DNA of 64,000 bases from an uncultured Candidatus Rokubacteria bacterium (lineage in GTDB: Bacteria > Methylomirabilota > Methylomirabilia > Rokubacteriales > CSP1-6). Every line of letters begins with the position of its first letter. The first letter of the stretch is position 1. The notes under the pieces were generated by a model. The model was not told the origin of the DNA and did not search any database. It was given only the letters and a program-made list of their open reading frames with translations. Made by a program: the position numbers and the translations under genes. Location: the NCBI GenBank assembly GCA_963771355.1, contig CAVYTA010000007.1:1-64000 (forward strand), read 5' to 3'. This document shows positions 29,163-40,341 of the stretch, piece by piece.

Positions 29163-29759
29163 TCAGTGGCCGTCGTGGAGCCACGGAAGCTGGAAGAGGA
29201 GGAAGTAGCCGTTGAGGGTGAGGGTGGCCCCCGCGGTGGCGAGGAGCAGGCTGAAGTAGAAGACCGGCCGCGAGCGGGAGAGGATGGACACCGACGACAT
29301 GACGATGGCGATCTGGAGGAAGACCTCGGCGAGGTCGAAGTAGGGATCGCGAGTCGCGCTCAGGTCGCGCACCGCTTCGAGCTTCTTGGCGTCCTTCTCG
29401 ATGTCCTTCTTCTCGGCGTTGTAGCGCTTCTCCTCCTCGTCCCATCTCCTGGCGAGCGACTCGAGCTTCTCGCGGGCCTCCGGTCGGATGGCCCCCCCGC
29501 GCTCGAGGAGATCGGCCTCGAGGCGCAGCTTCTGGGCGCGGTAGAGGTGCTCGCGGATCACCTTGGCCTGGTAGAAGGCCCACTGGTCAGAGGACTTCTG
29601 CTGGGCGAGCAGCATCTCCTTGGTGGCGTTGTTCCCGCCCATCGACGAGATGGAGAGGATGACGGCGAAGACGGCGGTGACGAGCGCGACGCGCCGGCCG
29701 AACCGGTCTTCGCCGCGCTCGTGCAGCTCCTCGGGGTTCGGGAGCTCGACCTCCGCCAC
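29163..29759 (-). CDS. DUF4337-like membrane protein
   Basis: SDQWAFYQAK, FLQIAIV; TM-coiled coil-TM layout. Confidence 0.75.
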   Translation of the reverse strand: MAEVELPNPEELHERGEDRFGRRVALVTAVFAVILSISSMGGNNATKEMLLAQQKSSDQWAFYQAKVIREHLYRAQKLRLEADLLERGGAIRPEAREKLESLARRWDEEEKRYNAEKKDIEKDAKKLEAVRDLSATRDPYFDLAEVFLQIAIVMSSVSILSRSRPVFYFSLLLATAGATLTLNGYFLLFQLPWLHDGH

Positions 29760-29765
29760 GGAGGG

Positions 29766-30080
29766 CTAGACGTCCGGCCGGCCCTGTCGGATCTCCTCCC
29801 GCATCGCGGACTTGCCCGCCTCGAAGGCGGTGATGAGCCGGTTGGTTTGCTCCTCGAAATATTCGCGCCCCTTCTCGAAGAGATCGCCGGCCTTGATCTT
29901 GGCCTCTCCGGCGGCGCCGCGCGCCCGGTTCAGCACGTCCCCCCCGTGCTCGGCGAGGAGCTCGCGAGTTTCGGGCCCGGACTTCGGAGCCAGGAGCAGC
30001 GTCGCCGCCGCGCCCGCCACCGCGCCGAGGAGGAACCAGCCGAGATAGCCTGCCGCATCCGAATTCCGCTCGTCAACCAT
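29766..30080 (-). CDS. YtxH-domain protein
   Basis: FLLGAVAGAAATLLLAPKSGPETR. Confidence 0.85.
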   Translation of the reverse strand: MVDERNSDAAGYLGWFLLGAVAGAAATLLLAPKSGPETRELLAEHGGDVLNRARGAAGEAKIKAGDLFEKGREYFEEQTNRLITAFEAGKSAMREEIRQGRPDV

Positions 30081-30122
30081 GTCCCTTCCTCCTTCAACGG
30101 TCACTGCAATTGGCGATGATCC

Positions 30123-30503
30123 TTACGACTGCCGATGCTTGAGCCGCGAGACGAAGACGCCCAGCCCGCGCTGGAGACCCATCGCCACGCCGGTGAGCCG
30201 GCCGAGCCGGGTGATCCCGCCCACCAGCCCGACGACCTTGGCGATGGTCTCGGTGATGTCCTCGAGGCGGCGCGTGATCATGCCGATGCGCTGGAGCTCG
30301 AGCGTCACCTGGTGGGAGACACCGCGCAGCTCCTCCGCCAGGGCGCCCAGCTGGCTCGCGGTGGGCCGGATCTCGCGCTCGACCAAGGTCATGACGGACT
30401 CGGTGCGGTCGATGAGCCGCTTGAGTGAGATGAGCACTGCCACCAGAGCCACCGTGATACCCACCGCGCACACGCTGAGCACCGCCACGACCAGCGGGTT
30501 CAT
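30123..30503 (-). CDS. DUF948/YoxC-like membrane-anchored helical protein
   Basis: N-terminal TM plus amphipathic helices, upstream of the YtxH gene. Confidence 0.65.
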   Translation of the reverse strand: MNPLVVAVLSVCAVGITVALVAVLISLKRLIDRTESVMTLVEREIRPTASQLGALAEELRGVSHQVTLELQRIGMITRRLEDITETIAKVVGLVGGITRLGRLTGVAMGLQRGLGVFVSRLKHRQS

Positions 30504-30623
30504 GAGGCTCGCAGTATCGCAAGGGCTACCGGGCAAGTCAACCGCTTCGCGGGAAAACACCGCGTGTTCATTGACTTTCCCGCGGATGGATCTCTATACT
30601 TCGGCAGTCAGGAGCCTGCACCG

Positions 30624-32174
<1,551 letters not shown>

Positions 32175-32198
32175 GCTGGCCCCGATGAGCCGGTCCCG

Positions 32199-33870
32199 AT
32201 GAGCGACGACGAGGCGAAGCGGATCGAGGAAGCACGGCGCGCCTGGGAGGCCCGGACGCGCAAGCCCGGCGGCGGGAGGCCGGCGGAGCGCCCCGGCCTC
32301 TTCGCCACCTCCGGAGGCGCCCCCGTCGAGCCCCTCTACACGCCGGCGGACGTGGCCGGGCTCGACTATCTCCGCGATCTCGGCTTTCCGGGCGAGTACC
32401 CGTACACGCGCGGGGTCCAGCCCTCCATGTATCGGGGACGTTTCTGGACGATGCGGCAGTACGCGGGCTTCGGCTCGGCGGTGGAGACCAACCGCCGCTA
32501 CCGCTACCTCCTCGAGCAGGGGCAGACCGGCCTCAGCGTGGCCTTCGACCTGCCCACCCAGATGGGCTATGACGGTGACGATCCCATGGCGCGGAGCGAG
32601 GTGGGCAAGGTGGGGGTGGCCATCTCGAGCCTGCCCGACATGCTCGATCTCTTCGACGGGATCCCGCTGGATCGGGTCTCCACCTCGATGACCATCAACG
32701 CCACCGCGTCCATCCTCCTCGCGCTGTACATCGCGGTGGGGGAGCGGCAGGGGGTCGGCCCCGATCGGCTGTCGGGCACGGTGCAGAACGACATCCTGAA
32801 GGAGTACATCGCGCGGGGCACCTACATCTTCCCGCCCACGCCGTCCATGCGGCTCATCACCGACACCTTCGCCTATTGCCGGGAGCGCGTGCCGCGCTGG
32901 AATACCATCTCCATCTCCGGCTATCACCTGCGCGAAGCCGGCTCCACCGCGGGCCAGGAGCTCGCCTTCACGCTGTCCAACGGGATCGCCTACGTGACGG
33001 CAGCGCGGGAGGCGGGGCTCGAGGTGGACGAGTTCGCGCCGCAGCTCTCGTTCTTCTTCAATGCCCACAATAACCTCCTCGAGGAGGTGGCCAAGTTCCG
33101 CGCCGCACGCCGGATGTGGGCGCGGATCATGCGGGAGCGGTTCGCGGCCCGGGACCCGCGCTCGCTCATGCTCCGTTTCCACGCGCAGACCGCGGGCAGC
33201 ATGCTCACCGCGCAACAGCCCGCCAACAACATCGTGCGCGTGGCGGTGCAGGCCCTTGCCGCGGTGCTGGGGGGCTGCCAGTCCCTGCACACCAACTCCA
33301 TGGACGAGGCGCTGTCCCTGCCCACCGAGGAGTCGGTGCGCATCGCCCTCCGCACCCAGCAGATCCTGGCGCACGAGTCGGGGGTGGCCGATACCGCCGA
33401 TCCGCTGGGCGGCGCCTACGCGGTGGAGCGCCTCACCCGGCAGCTCGAGGAGGAAGCGGAGGCCTATATCGCCAAGATCGACGGGATGGGCGGCGCCGTG
33501 CAGGCCATCCCCTTCATGCAGCGCGAGATCCAGGAGGCCGCCTACCGCTATCAGCAGGAGGTGGAGGCCAAGGCCCGCATCGTGGTGGGCGTCAACGACT
33601 ACGTCGTCGACGAGCCTCCGGGCGGGAAGCTCTTCCAGATCGATCCCGCGGTGGGGGCGGCGGCGGCGGAGCGCCTGGAGATCCTCCGGCGCGCCCGCGA
33701 CGCCGGCGCGGCCGCGCGGGCGCTCGAGGCCATCGATCGCGCCGCCCGCGGGCGCGACAACCTCATGCCCCTCATCCTCGACGCCGTGCGGGCCTCGGTG
33801 ACCCTGGGCGAGATCTGCACCACGTTGCGCCGCGGTGTTCGGCACGCACCAGCCGTCGGTGGTGTTCTAG
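32199..33870 (+). CDS. Methylmalonyl-CoA mutase, substrate-binding large subunit (1-nt frameshift near 33833)
   Basis: [38 protein letters not shown]. The natural end [11 protein letters not shown] is in the next frame, ending at TAG 33868-33870. Confidence 0.9.
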
Positions 33871-33872
33871 CG

Positions 33873-34682
33873 GTGCGGCGGTTGAGACGGTGGCTCGTCC
33901 CGGCGCTCCTCTGCCCACTCGTGCTCGCGGGCTCCCCCGGCGAGGCGGGGATGGCCGACCAGGTCGGCGCCACCTTCGGGCTCCTCGTTCAGGAGGTGAT
34001 GACGGCGTTCCCGGCCGTCGAGGGGCTGGTGGTGAGCGTGGACGGCGACCGCGTGTATCTGGATCTCACCGAGAAGGATGGCGTCCAGCGCGGGCAGGAG
34101 TTCACCGTCTTCCGCAAGGGGGAGGAGTTCCGCCATCCCTTCACGCAGAAGCCGCTCGGCCGCTTCGAGGACGTCCTGGGCTATGCGCAGATCACCCGCG
34201 TGGAGACCAGGTTCTCGGAGGGGCTGTTCATCCCCGTCCCCGACCGCGCCAAGGTGGCCGCGGAGGATGGCGTGCGCATCACCCGGGGCCGGATCAAGGT
34301 GGCGGTGGCGCCGACGCTCGACCTGACCAAGGCCCAGGCCGACCTCCGGCGCGTGCCCTTCATGATCGCGCTGGGGCTGGACCAGACCAAGCGCTTCCAG
34401 GCGGTGGACCCCGGGGTGGTGCAGGAGCTCTTCCTGAACCAGCGGGCCCGCAGCGAGGAGCTCCTGGTGCGACCCGAGCGCGCGGTCAGTCTCGGCCGGA
34501 CCCTCGACGTATCGGGCTGGCTGGTCCCCGTCCTGATCGACCGGCGGGGCACCACCTACCTCGACGTCACGTGGATCTCGGCGGTGACGGGCACCCCGCT
34601 CTTCTCACGCCGCCAGGCACTGACCCGGGCGCAGGGGGCCAGCGAGCAGCGCTTCCCCTGGGAGCCCCTCCCGGAGGACTAA
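33873..34682 (+). CDS. Exported hypothetical protein with FlgT-C-like beta domain
   Basis: Signal-like N-terminus; [41 protein letters not shown]. Confidence 0.7.
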   Translation: MRRLRRWLVPALLCPLVLAGSPGEAGMADQVGATFGLLVQEVMTAFPAVEGLVVSVDGDRVYLDLTEKDGVQRGQEFTVFRKGEEFRHPFTQKPLGRFEDVLGYAQITRVETRFSEGLFIPVPDRAKVAAEDGVRITRGRIKVAVAPTLDLTKAQADLRRVPFMIALGLDQTKRFQAVDPGVVQELFLNQRARSEELLVRPERAVSLGRTLDVSGWLVPVLIDRRGTTYLDVTWISAVTGTPLFSRRQALTRAQGASEQRFPWEPLPED

Positions 34683-34702
34683 TCTGCTATGCTTTGCCGG
34701 AC

Positions 34703-35434
34703 ATGCCGACCGCTCGCGCGCTTCGTCTGACCGCGGGTATCACGGCCGCCGCCATTCTGGCGACGGGATGCCAGACCGTTCGCGAGTTCGCCGGGTTCCC
34801 GGGCGCGGGCGATCCCAGCGTCACGATCAAGAGCGCGGAGCCGAAGTGGGTGCTGATCAAGAACCCGCGCTACGGCGACGTGGCCAGCGAGCCCGAGTAC
34901 ATCTGGGTGGAAGAAGACAAGATGCCCACCACGGTGAAGTCGTTCATGTTCGGCAAGTCCACCCTCCTCGCGCCGCCCGAGATAGTGCCGAAGTACGGGC
35001 TCCCGCCCGGCGGCGGCCGCGTCAGCTCGCTTCACAAGCTGCCCTATGACACGACTCCGGTGGCCGCGCCCGCGCCCGGCGGGGGCCGCGCGCCGCTGAC
35101 CGCGTCGACGACCACCCCCGCCACGCGCACCGACGGCGCGGTGGCGGTGGCGGCGGCGCCGCCCTCGCGCGGTTTCGTGGTGTTCGTGGACACCACGCGC
35201 ATCGTCATCGACCTCACCGCCCGCGACGGCGTCAAGCCCGGCACCATGGTCAGCCTGCGCCGTGACAAGATTCCCATTGTCCATCCCGTGACCGGCGAGC
35301 TCCTCGGCGAGCTGGACGAGGAGGTGGCCACCGGGAAGGTGATCGAGGTGCGCGACAAGTTCTCGGTGGTGGAGCTCCAGCGCGTCGAACAGGGGACGGA
35401 GATCAAGATCAAGGACCGGGTCGTTCTGCGGTGA
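34703..35434 (+). CDS. Hypothetical lipoprotein with C-terminal FlgT-C-like domain
   Basis: Lipobox-like ILATGC; GFVVFVDTTRIVIDL..GVKPG..IVHPVTGELLG. Confidence 0.72.
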   Translation: MPTARALRLTAGITAAAILATGCQTVREFAGFPGAGDPSVTIKSAEPKWVLIKNPRYGDVASEPEYIWVEEDKMPTTVKSFMFGKSTLLAPPEIVPKYGLPPGGGRVSSLHKLPYDTTPVAAPAPGGGRAPLTASTTTPATRTDGAVAVAAAPPSRGFVVFVDTTRIVIDLTARDGVKPGTMVSLRRDKIPIVHPVTGELLGELDEEVATGKVIEVRDKFSVVELQRVEQGTEIKIKDRVVLR

Positions 35435-36456
35435 CCGCCCCCGCCCGCTCCGGCGTCAAGCCGCCCACCGCTCTCGAGACTCTTCTGAAGGAGCGCGTCT
35501 CCCTCATGATCGGCGGCGAGCTGGCCGCGATCGAGGCCGAGATCGCGCGCGAGCTCAACTCCTCGGTGGACCTCATCCGGGAGATGGGCGAGTTCATCGC
35601 GGGGGCCGGCGGCAAGCGGCTGCGTCCCATACTCCTCGTCATGGCCGCGCGCCTGGCTGGCTACCGGGGGCCGCGCGCGATCCGGATGGGCTGCGTGGTG
35701 GAGCTCCTGCACACCGCCACCCTCATCCACGATGACGTGGTGGACCAGGCGCCCCTCCGGCGCGGCCGTCCCTCCGCCAATGCGCGCTGGGGCGACGACG
35801 CCTCCGTGCTCGTGGGCGACCACCTCTACTCGAAGTCCTTCGCCCTCATGGTGGACGACGGCGATCCCGCCGTCCTCGACACGCTGGCGCGCGCCACCGT
35901 CTCGATGACCGAGGCCGAGGTGTTCCAGCTCGAGCGCAAGCGCAGCGGCACCACCACCGAGGCCGACTATCTGCGGATCATCACGCAGAAGACGGCGTCG
36001 TTCATCTCGGCCTGCTGCCGCATCGGGGGCGTGCTGGGCCGCGCCGACGCCGTGCGGCTCGAGGCGCTCACGCGCTACGGCCTGGACATCGGCATCGCCT
36101 TCCAGATCAGCGACGACTCGCTCGACTTCGTGGCCGACGAGGCGCGCCTGGGCAAGGCCATCGGCGCCGACCTGCGGGAGGGCAAGCGCACGCTGCCCCT
36201 CATCGCCACGCTGGAGCGGGCCGAGCCCGCCGAGCGCGAATGCATCCAGGCCGTGCTCAAGCGCGCCCGGCCGGAGACGGCCGACATCGAGGAGATCCGC
36301 CGCCTGGTCACCCGCTACGAGGGCGTGGAGTACGCGCTCGAGCGCGCCCACGCCTACGCGCAGACGGCCAAGGACGACCTCAAGCCTTTCGCCGACTCCG
36401 ACGACAAGGAGACCCTGGTCCTCATCGCGGACTTCGTGGTGGACCGGGACCGCTAG
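35431..36456 (+). CDS. Polyprenyl diphosphate synthase (IspB/HepT-like)
   Basis: GGKRLRP, HDDVVD..RRG, QKTA, FQISDDSLD. Confidence 0.93.
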   Translation: MTAPARSGVKPPTALETLLKERVSLMIGGELAAIEAEIARELNSSVDLIREMGEFIAGAGGKRLRPILLVMAARLAGYRGPRAIRMGCVVELLHTATLIHDDVVDQAPLRRGRPSANARWGDDASVLVGDHLYSKSFALMVDDGDPAVLDTLARATVSMTEAEVFQLERKRSGTTTEADYLRIITQKTASFISACCRIGGVLGRADAVRLEALTRYGLDIGIAFQISDDSLDFVADEARLGKAIGADLREGKRTLPLIATLERAEPAERECIQAVLKRARPETADIEEIRRLVTRYEGVEYALERAHAYAQTAKDDLKPFADSDDKETLVLIADFVVDRDR

Positions 36457-36469
36457 TCTCTCGCCCGCC

Positions 36470-37249
36470 ATGCCGGGCCGCCTCATCACGCTGACCACGG
36501 ATTTCGGGGTCCGTGACCCGTTCGTCGGTGTCATGAAGGGCGTGATCCTCGGCATCTGCCCCGACGCCCGCCTGGTGGACCTCACCCACGAGATCGACCG
36601 CCAGGACGTGCGGGGCGCCCAGCTTGCCCTCGAGAGCGCGGTGGGCTTCTTTCCGCCGGGCACCGTTCACCTTGCCGTGGTCGACCCCGGGGTGGGGAGC
36701 GCGCGCCGGCCGCTGGCGCTGGAGTCGGGGGGCCGGCGATTCGTCGGCCCCGACAACGGCCTCTTCACCTTCGCCCTCGCCGATCCCGGCTGGACGGCGG
36801 TGACGCTGGAGGCGCCCCGATTCCGGCTGCCCGAGGTCTCCCGGACTTTTCACGGGCGCGACGTCTTCGCGCCGGCGGCCGCGCACCTGGCGCGTGGGGT
36901 GGCCCTGGCCGAGCTGGGCCCGCCGGCGCGCGATCTCGTGTGTCAGCCGCTCCCCGTGGCGCGGCGCGAAGGGGCGCGCCTGCTGGGGGAGGTGCTGGCG
37001 GTAGACCGCTTCGGCAACCTGATCACCTCGATCACCGTCGCGCAGCTCGCGGGAGCGCCGGGCGTGGCAGTGGAAGTGGCGGGGCGGTCGCTGGGAGCGC
37101 CCCGCGAGAGCTACCTGGAGGGCGAACGGGATCGAGCGGCCCCGATCATGGGATCACAGGGGCGGCTCGAGATCTTCGTGCGGGACGGCGACGCCCGCGC
37201 CCTGCTGGGAGCCGGGCCGGGGACGCCGGTATGGGTGACCCTGGGTTAG
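36470..37249 (+). CDS. SAM hydroxide adenosyltransferase (DUF62/halogenase family)
   Basis: TTDFG, VVDPGVG, GPDNG, TFHGRDVF, DRFGN. Confidence 0.9.
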   Translation: MPGRLITLTTDFGVRDPFVGVMKGVILGICPDARLVDLTHEIDRQDVRGAQLALESAVGFFPPGTVHLAVVDPGVGSARRPLALESGGRRFVGPDNGLFTFALADPGWTAVTLEAPRFRLPEVSRTFHGRDVFAPAAAHLARGVALAELGPPARDLVCQPLPVARREGARLLGEVLAVDRFGNLITSITVAQLAGAPGVAVEVAGRSLGAPRESYLEGERDRAAPIMGSQGRLEIFVRDGDARALLGAGPGTPVWVTLG

Positions 37250-37686
37250 TCGGACGGCTTGGAGGGCTTGGGCGGCTTGGAAGAAGCGGATTTGCTTTTG
37301 GCACCTTCCGTCTTGCCCCCTTCGCTCCCGCCACTGCTGCCGCTCGCCCCCCCGCCGTTGGAAGCGCCGTCGCCCTTGGAGGCCCCGCCCGTCTTGGACG
37401 GGCCGTCGCCCGAGGTGCCGGAAGATGAGGGGGGGCTTTCACCCCCCGTGCTAGACTGGGCGCCGGTCGAGGATGAGGATTCGGCTTTCATCGCCTTCTT
37501 CCTCGAATCCGACGGGTAGTCGGTGACGTACCACCCGCCACCCTTGAGGATGAAGGTGGAGGCGCTCAAGAGCCGTTGCACGGGACCGCCGCATACGTCG
37601 CACGTCTCGAGCGGCTTCTCCGTGATGCGCTGTCGCACCTCGAAGACGCGAGGACATTTCGGACATTCGTACTCGTAAGTGGGCAC
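37246..37686 (-). CDS. FmdB-family zinc-ribbon protein with Ser/Gly-rich tail
   Basis: PTYEYECPKC..CDVCGG..FILKGGGWYVTDY. Confidence 0.88.
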   Translation of the reverse strand: MPTYEYECPKCPRVFEVRQRITEKPLETCDVCGGPVQRLLSASTFILKGGGWYVTDYPSDSRKKAMKAESSSSTGAQSSTGGESPPSSSGTSGDGPSKTGGASKGDGASNGGGASGSSGGSEGGKTEGAKSKSASSKPPKPSKPSD

Positions 37687-37700
37687 GCCCAAACAAGTAC

Positions 37701-38387
37701 ATGGCTAACGTGGTGCTGTCAAGGAACGGAGTCGGAGCGCTGGTCGCGGCGCTCGCCGCTCTTGTCCTGGCCGCGGGTGGCTGTGCGACCAGCAAGGACG
37801 CGCAGGTTCGCAAGATCCAGGCGCGTAATGCCTACGATCAGGGCGGAAGCAACTTACGGGAGGGCCGCGTCTCGCTCGGTCTCGCCGCGCTACAGGAGGC
37901 GGTGCAGCTCGACCCCGAGAACCCCCTCTACTACAACGCGCTTGGCGTCGCCCAGCTCCAGCTCCGCCGGTGGCCCGAGGCGCAGGCGTCATTCGAGAAG
38001 GCCATCGAGTTGGACGGGGCGTACGCCGAGGCCTATCACAACCTGGGCCTGGCCCTGGCTCGACAGGGGCGCCTGGACCAGGCCGTCGCCAGCTACCGGA
38101 AGGCCTTGACCTTTCCCACCTACCCGAGCCCGGAGCTGGCCTACCACAATATGGGGGAGGCCTACCTGAGGCAGGGGAAGCTCCGCGAAGCGGAGGAGTC
38201 CCTCCGCCAGGCCATCCAGCTCGAGACGAAGAACCAGTTTTCTCATTATTTGCTGGGAGTTGTCCTAGCCGAGACTGGCCGGAAGGCCGAGGCCGCGAAT
38301 GTGTTCCGCCAGGCCCGGGACCTCGATCCCGACTCCTCCGTCGGGCTTCTGACGGTGGAGGCTCTGAAGAGCCTCGAAACGCGCTAG
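37701..38387 (+). CDS. TPR-repeat lipoprotein (PilF/PilW-like)
   Basis: LAAGGC lipobox-like motif; repeated AYHNLG/YNALG TPR motifs. Confidence 0.8.
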   Translation: MANVVLSRNGVGALVAALAALVLAAGGCATSKDAQVRKIQARNAYDQGGSNLREGRVSLGLAALQEAVQLDPENPLYYNALGVAQLQLRRWPEAQASFEKAIELDGAYAEAYHNLGLALARQGRLDQAVASYRKALTFPTYPSPELAYHNMGEAYLRQGKLREAEESLRQAIQLETKNQFSHYLLGVVLAETGRKAEAANVFRQARDLDPDSSVGLLTVEALKSLETR

Positions 38388-38582
38388 TTCGGGCATAATT
38401 CCTTGACCCAAGTTACCCCATTGCGGTAAAAAAGATCGTTGTCGTGAAGTCTCTGCGCCCCCCTATCTGTCTAGGGGATTCTCGGAGTGGCAGCACCGTG
38501 GTACCGCGTAGCCTGCACCAGGGCAGTCGAGGCAGGGGTTCTCGGAAGCACGAGAAGCCAACCACCAATGAGGAGAGGGTTC

Positions 38583-40220
38583 ATGAGAAAGTTGCTCGTA
38601 GTCACCTTGGCCGTGGTCGCCCTCATCGGCACCATGGCCCCAGGGGCGTTCGCGCAACCGGCCGCAGCGCCGGCGGCTCCGCCCCTGACGTTCAACATCA
38701 ACGGGTTCCTCGACACGGTCTCGTCGGCGAGCTGGAACCTGCGCGATTCGAACTTCACGCGAACGGGCGACAAGGAGTGGTACGCCCGGAACCGCGGCCG
38801 TATCAACATCGAAGGCCGCGCCGGCAACGCCGTGTTCGTGTGGGGTATCGAGATCGACACCACATGGGGCCAGACGAGCGGCACGGACAATAACCTGGCC
38901 GGTCAGGTGGTCGGTAACAACCAGCAGCGCGCCGGTACCACGTCGGGCTTCGATCTCAACACCGACGTGCAGGCCAGCGTGGAGACCAAGTGGCTCTTCG
39001 CCGAGTTCGACGCGCCGCTCCTTCCGTTCGCCACGCGCGTTCGCGTGGGTGCCCAGCCGTACTCGGTCACCTACAAGATCTGCGCCTTGGCGTGCTCCGA
39101 CTTCGCGGGGGTGAACCTCACCACCACGTGGTCGCCGAACGTCAAGTCGCACCTGACCTTCGCCCAGATCGAGGAAGAGCTCACGGGCCCGAGCACGGGC
39201 GGCACGGGTCTCACCGGCTTCAATCGCGGTGACGACTTCGCCTTCATCGGGAGCGTCGAGATCACCCCGTTCAAGGGCCTCGATATCCGTCCGATCTATT
39301 CGTACGCCTGGCTCCAGGGCGCGACGAACGCGGGCGCTCGCTCCATTGTCAGCGGCGGTGCCAACGCCGTCACTACCACTTACGTCTCCCGCCTCGCCGG
39401 TGGTTGCTCCCCGGGGGTTGCTACGTGCGGTCTCGTGGCGGCGACCCCGGGGGCCCCGACCAACGAGGAGCACCGGCACACCATCGGTGTTGATACGCGG
39501 TGGCGTTCGGGCCCCTTCTCGGTGGAGCCCACGATCTTCTATCAGTTCGGTACGCGTGACACCGATAACCCGTTCGGCGGCCCGACCAACCTGAGCAGTG
39601 AGGCCGACATCTCGGCCTTTCTCTTCGACCTGAAGACCGGCTGGCGCATCGGTCCGCTGCTTATGGAATTCCGGGGCATGTACACCACGGGTAACCGGCC
39701 GAAGGACCAGTTGCACAAAGAAGTGAACTACTACTCCCCGGTCACCGGTGACACGGGCTGGTATTCGGACGGGTGGGGTAATATCACCGCCCTCGGTATC
39801 GACTACTTCAACGGCGCCATCCGTGGTCTCGGGAACAATATCGGGTTCGATCGCTATGGCCGTCAGCAGCTCGCTGGGAAGGTGACCTATAGCATCACCC
39901 CGCAGCTCGACGTGTACGGGCTGGCCATGGGGGTGTGGACGGCTCGTTCGGTTGATACGGACGGGACGTTTAACGCGGCGGTCGTGAACTGCGATGGCCT
40001 GCGCGGGGGGAGTTGTAAGGGTGACTCCGCGTTTATCGGTCACGAGTATAATCTCGGTACCACCTGGCGGTTCGCGCCGGGCCTGACGTTCGATCTCGTG
40101 GGCGCCTACCTCTTCGCGGGCGACGCCCTGGACACGACCGAAGTCATCAGCGGTGTGGCCACCAAGCGGGATGCCAAGGATGTCTACACGGTGGCCGCCC
40201 GTCTGCGTCTGAGCTTCTAA
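38583..40220 (+). CDS. Probable major outer-membrane porin (beta-barrel)
   Basis: AFA signal peptide, amphipathic strands, terminal ARLRLSF, many GGT/CGT codons, own promoter (TTGACC 38403) and terminator. Confidence 0.8.
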   Translation: MRKLLVVTLAVVALIGTMAPGAFAQPAAAPAAPPLTFNINGFLDTVSSASWNLRDSNFTRTGDKEWYARNRGRINIEGRAGNAVFVWGIEIDTTWGQTSGTDNNLAGQVVGNNQQRAGTTSGFDLNTDVQASVETKWLFAEFDAPLLPFATRVRVGAQPYSVTYKICALACSDFAGVNLTTTWSPNVKSHLTFAQIEEELTGPSTGGTGLTGFNRGDDFAFIGSVEITPFKGLDIRPIYSYAWLQGATNAGARSIVSGGANAVTTTYVSRLAGGCSPGVATCGLVAATPGAPTNEEHRHTIGVDTRWRSGPFSVEPTIFYQFGTRDTDNPFGGPTNLSSEADISAFLFDLKTGWRIGPLLMEFRGMYTTGNRPKDQLHKEVNYYSPVTGDTGWYSDGWGNITALGIDYFNGAIRGLGNNIGFDRYGRQQLAGKVTYSITPQLDVYGLAMGVWTARSVDTDGTFNAAVVNCDGLRGGSCKGDSAFIGHEYNLGTTWRFAPGLTFDLVGAYLFAGDALDTTEVISGVATKRDAKDVYTVAARLRLSF

Positions 40221-40243
40221 CTGCCACCGAAGCGGTAGTAGGG

Positions 40244-40286
40244 AGCGGGGCATGGGGGACAGACTCCATGCCCCGCTTTCTTTTCT
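40244..40286 (+). terminator. Intrinsic terminator of the porin gene
   Basis: AGCGGGGCATGG...CCATGCCCCGCT followed by TTCTTTTCT. Confidence 0.85.
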
Positions 40287-40341
40287 CCGCCCGTCATTCC
40301 AGAGAGTTGCCTGTCCCGGGTCAGGGCGCTATAGTGCGGGC

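Noticed and set aside
32199..34682. 827-aa fusion of methylmalonyl-CoA mutase with an exported domain
   Set aside because: A 1-nt indel near 33833 hides the normal mutase end ([14 protein letters not shown] 33870). The downstream part has its own GTG and signal-like peptide.
36470..37249. Fluorinase/chlorinase biosynthetic gene
   Set aside because: Housekeeping context and an FHGRD motif fit the widespread DUF62 SAM hydrolase; no biosynthetic cluster is nearby.
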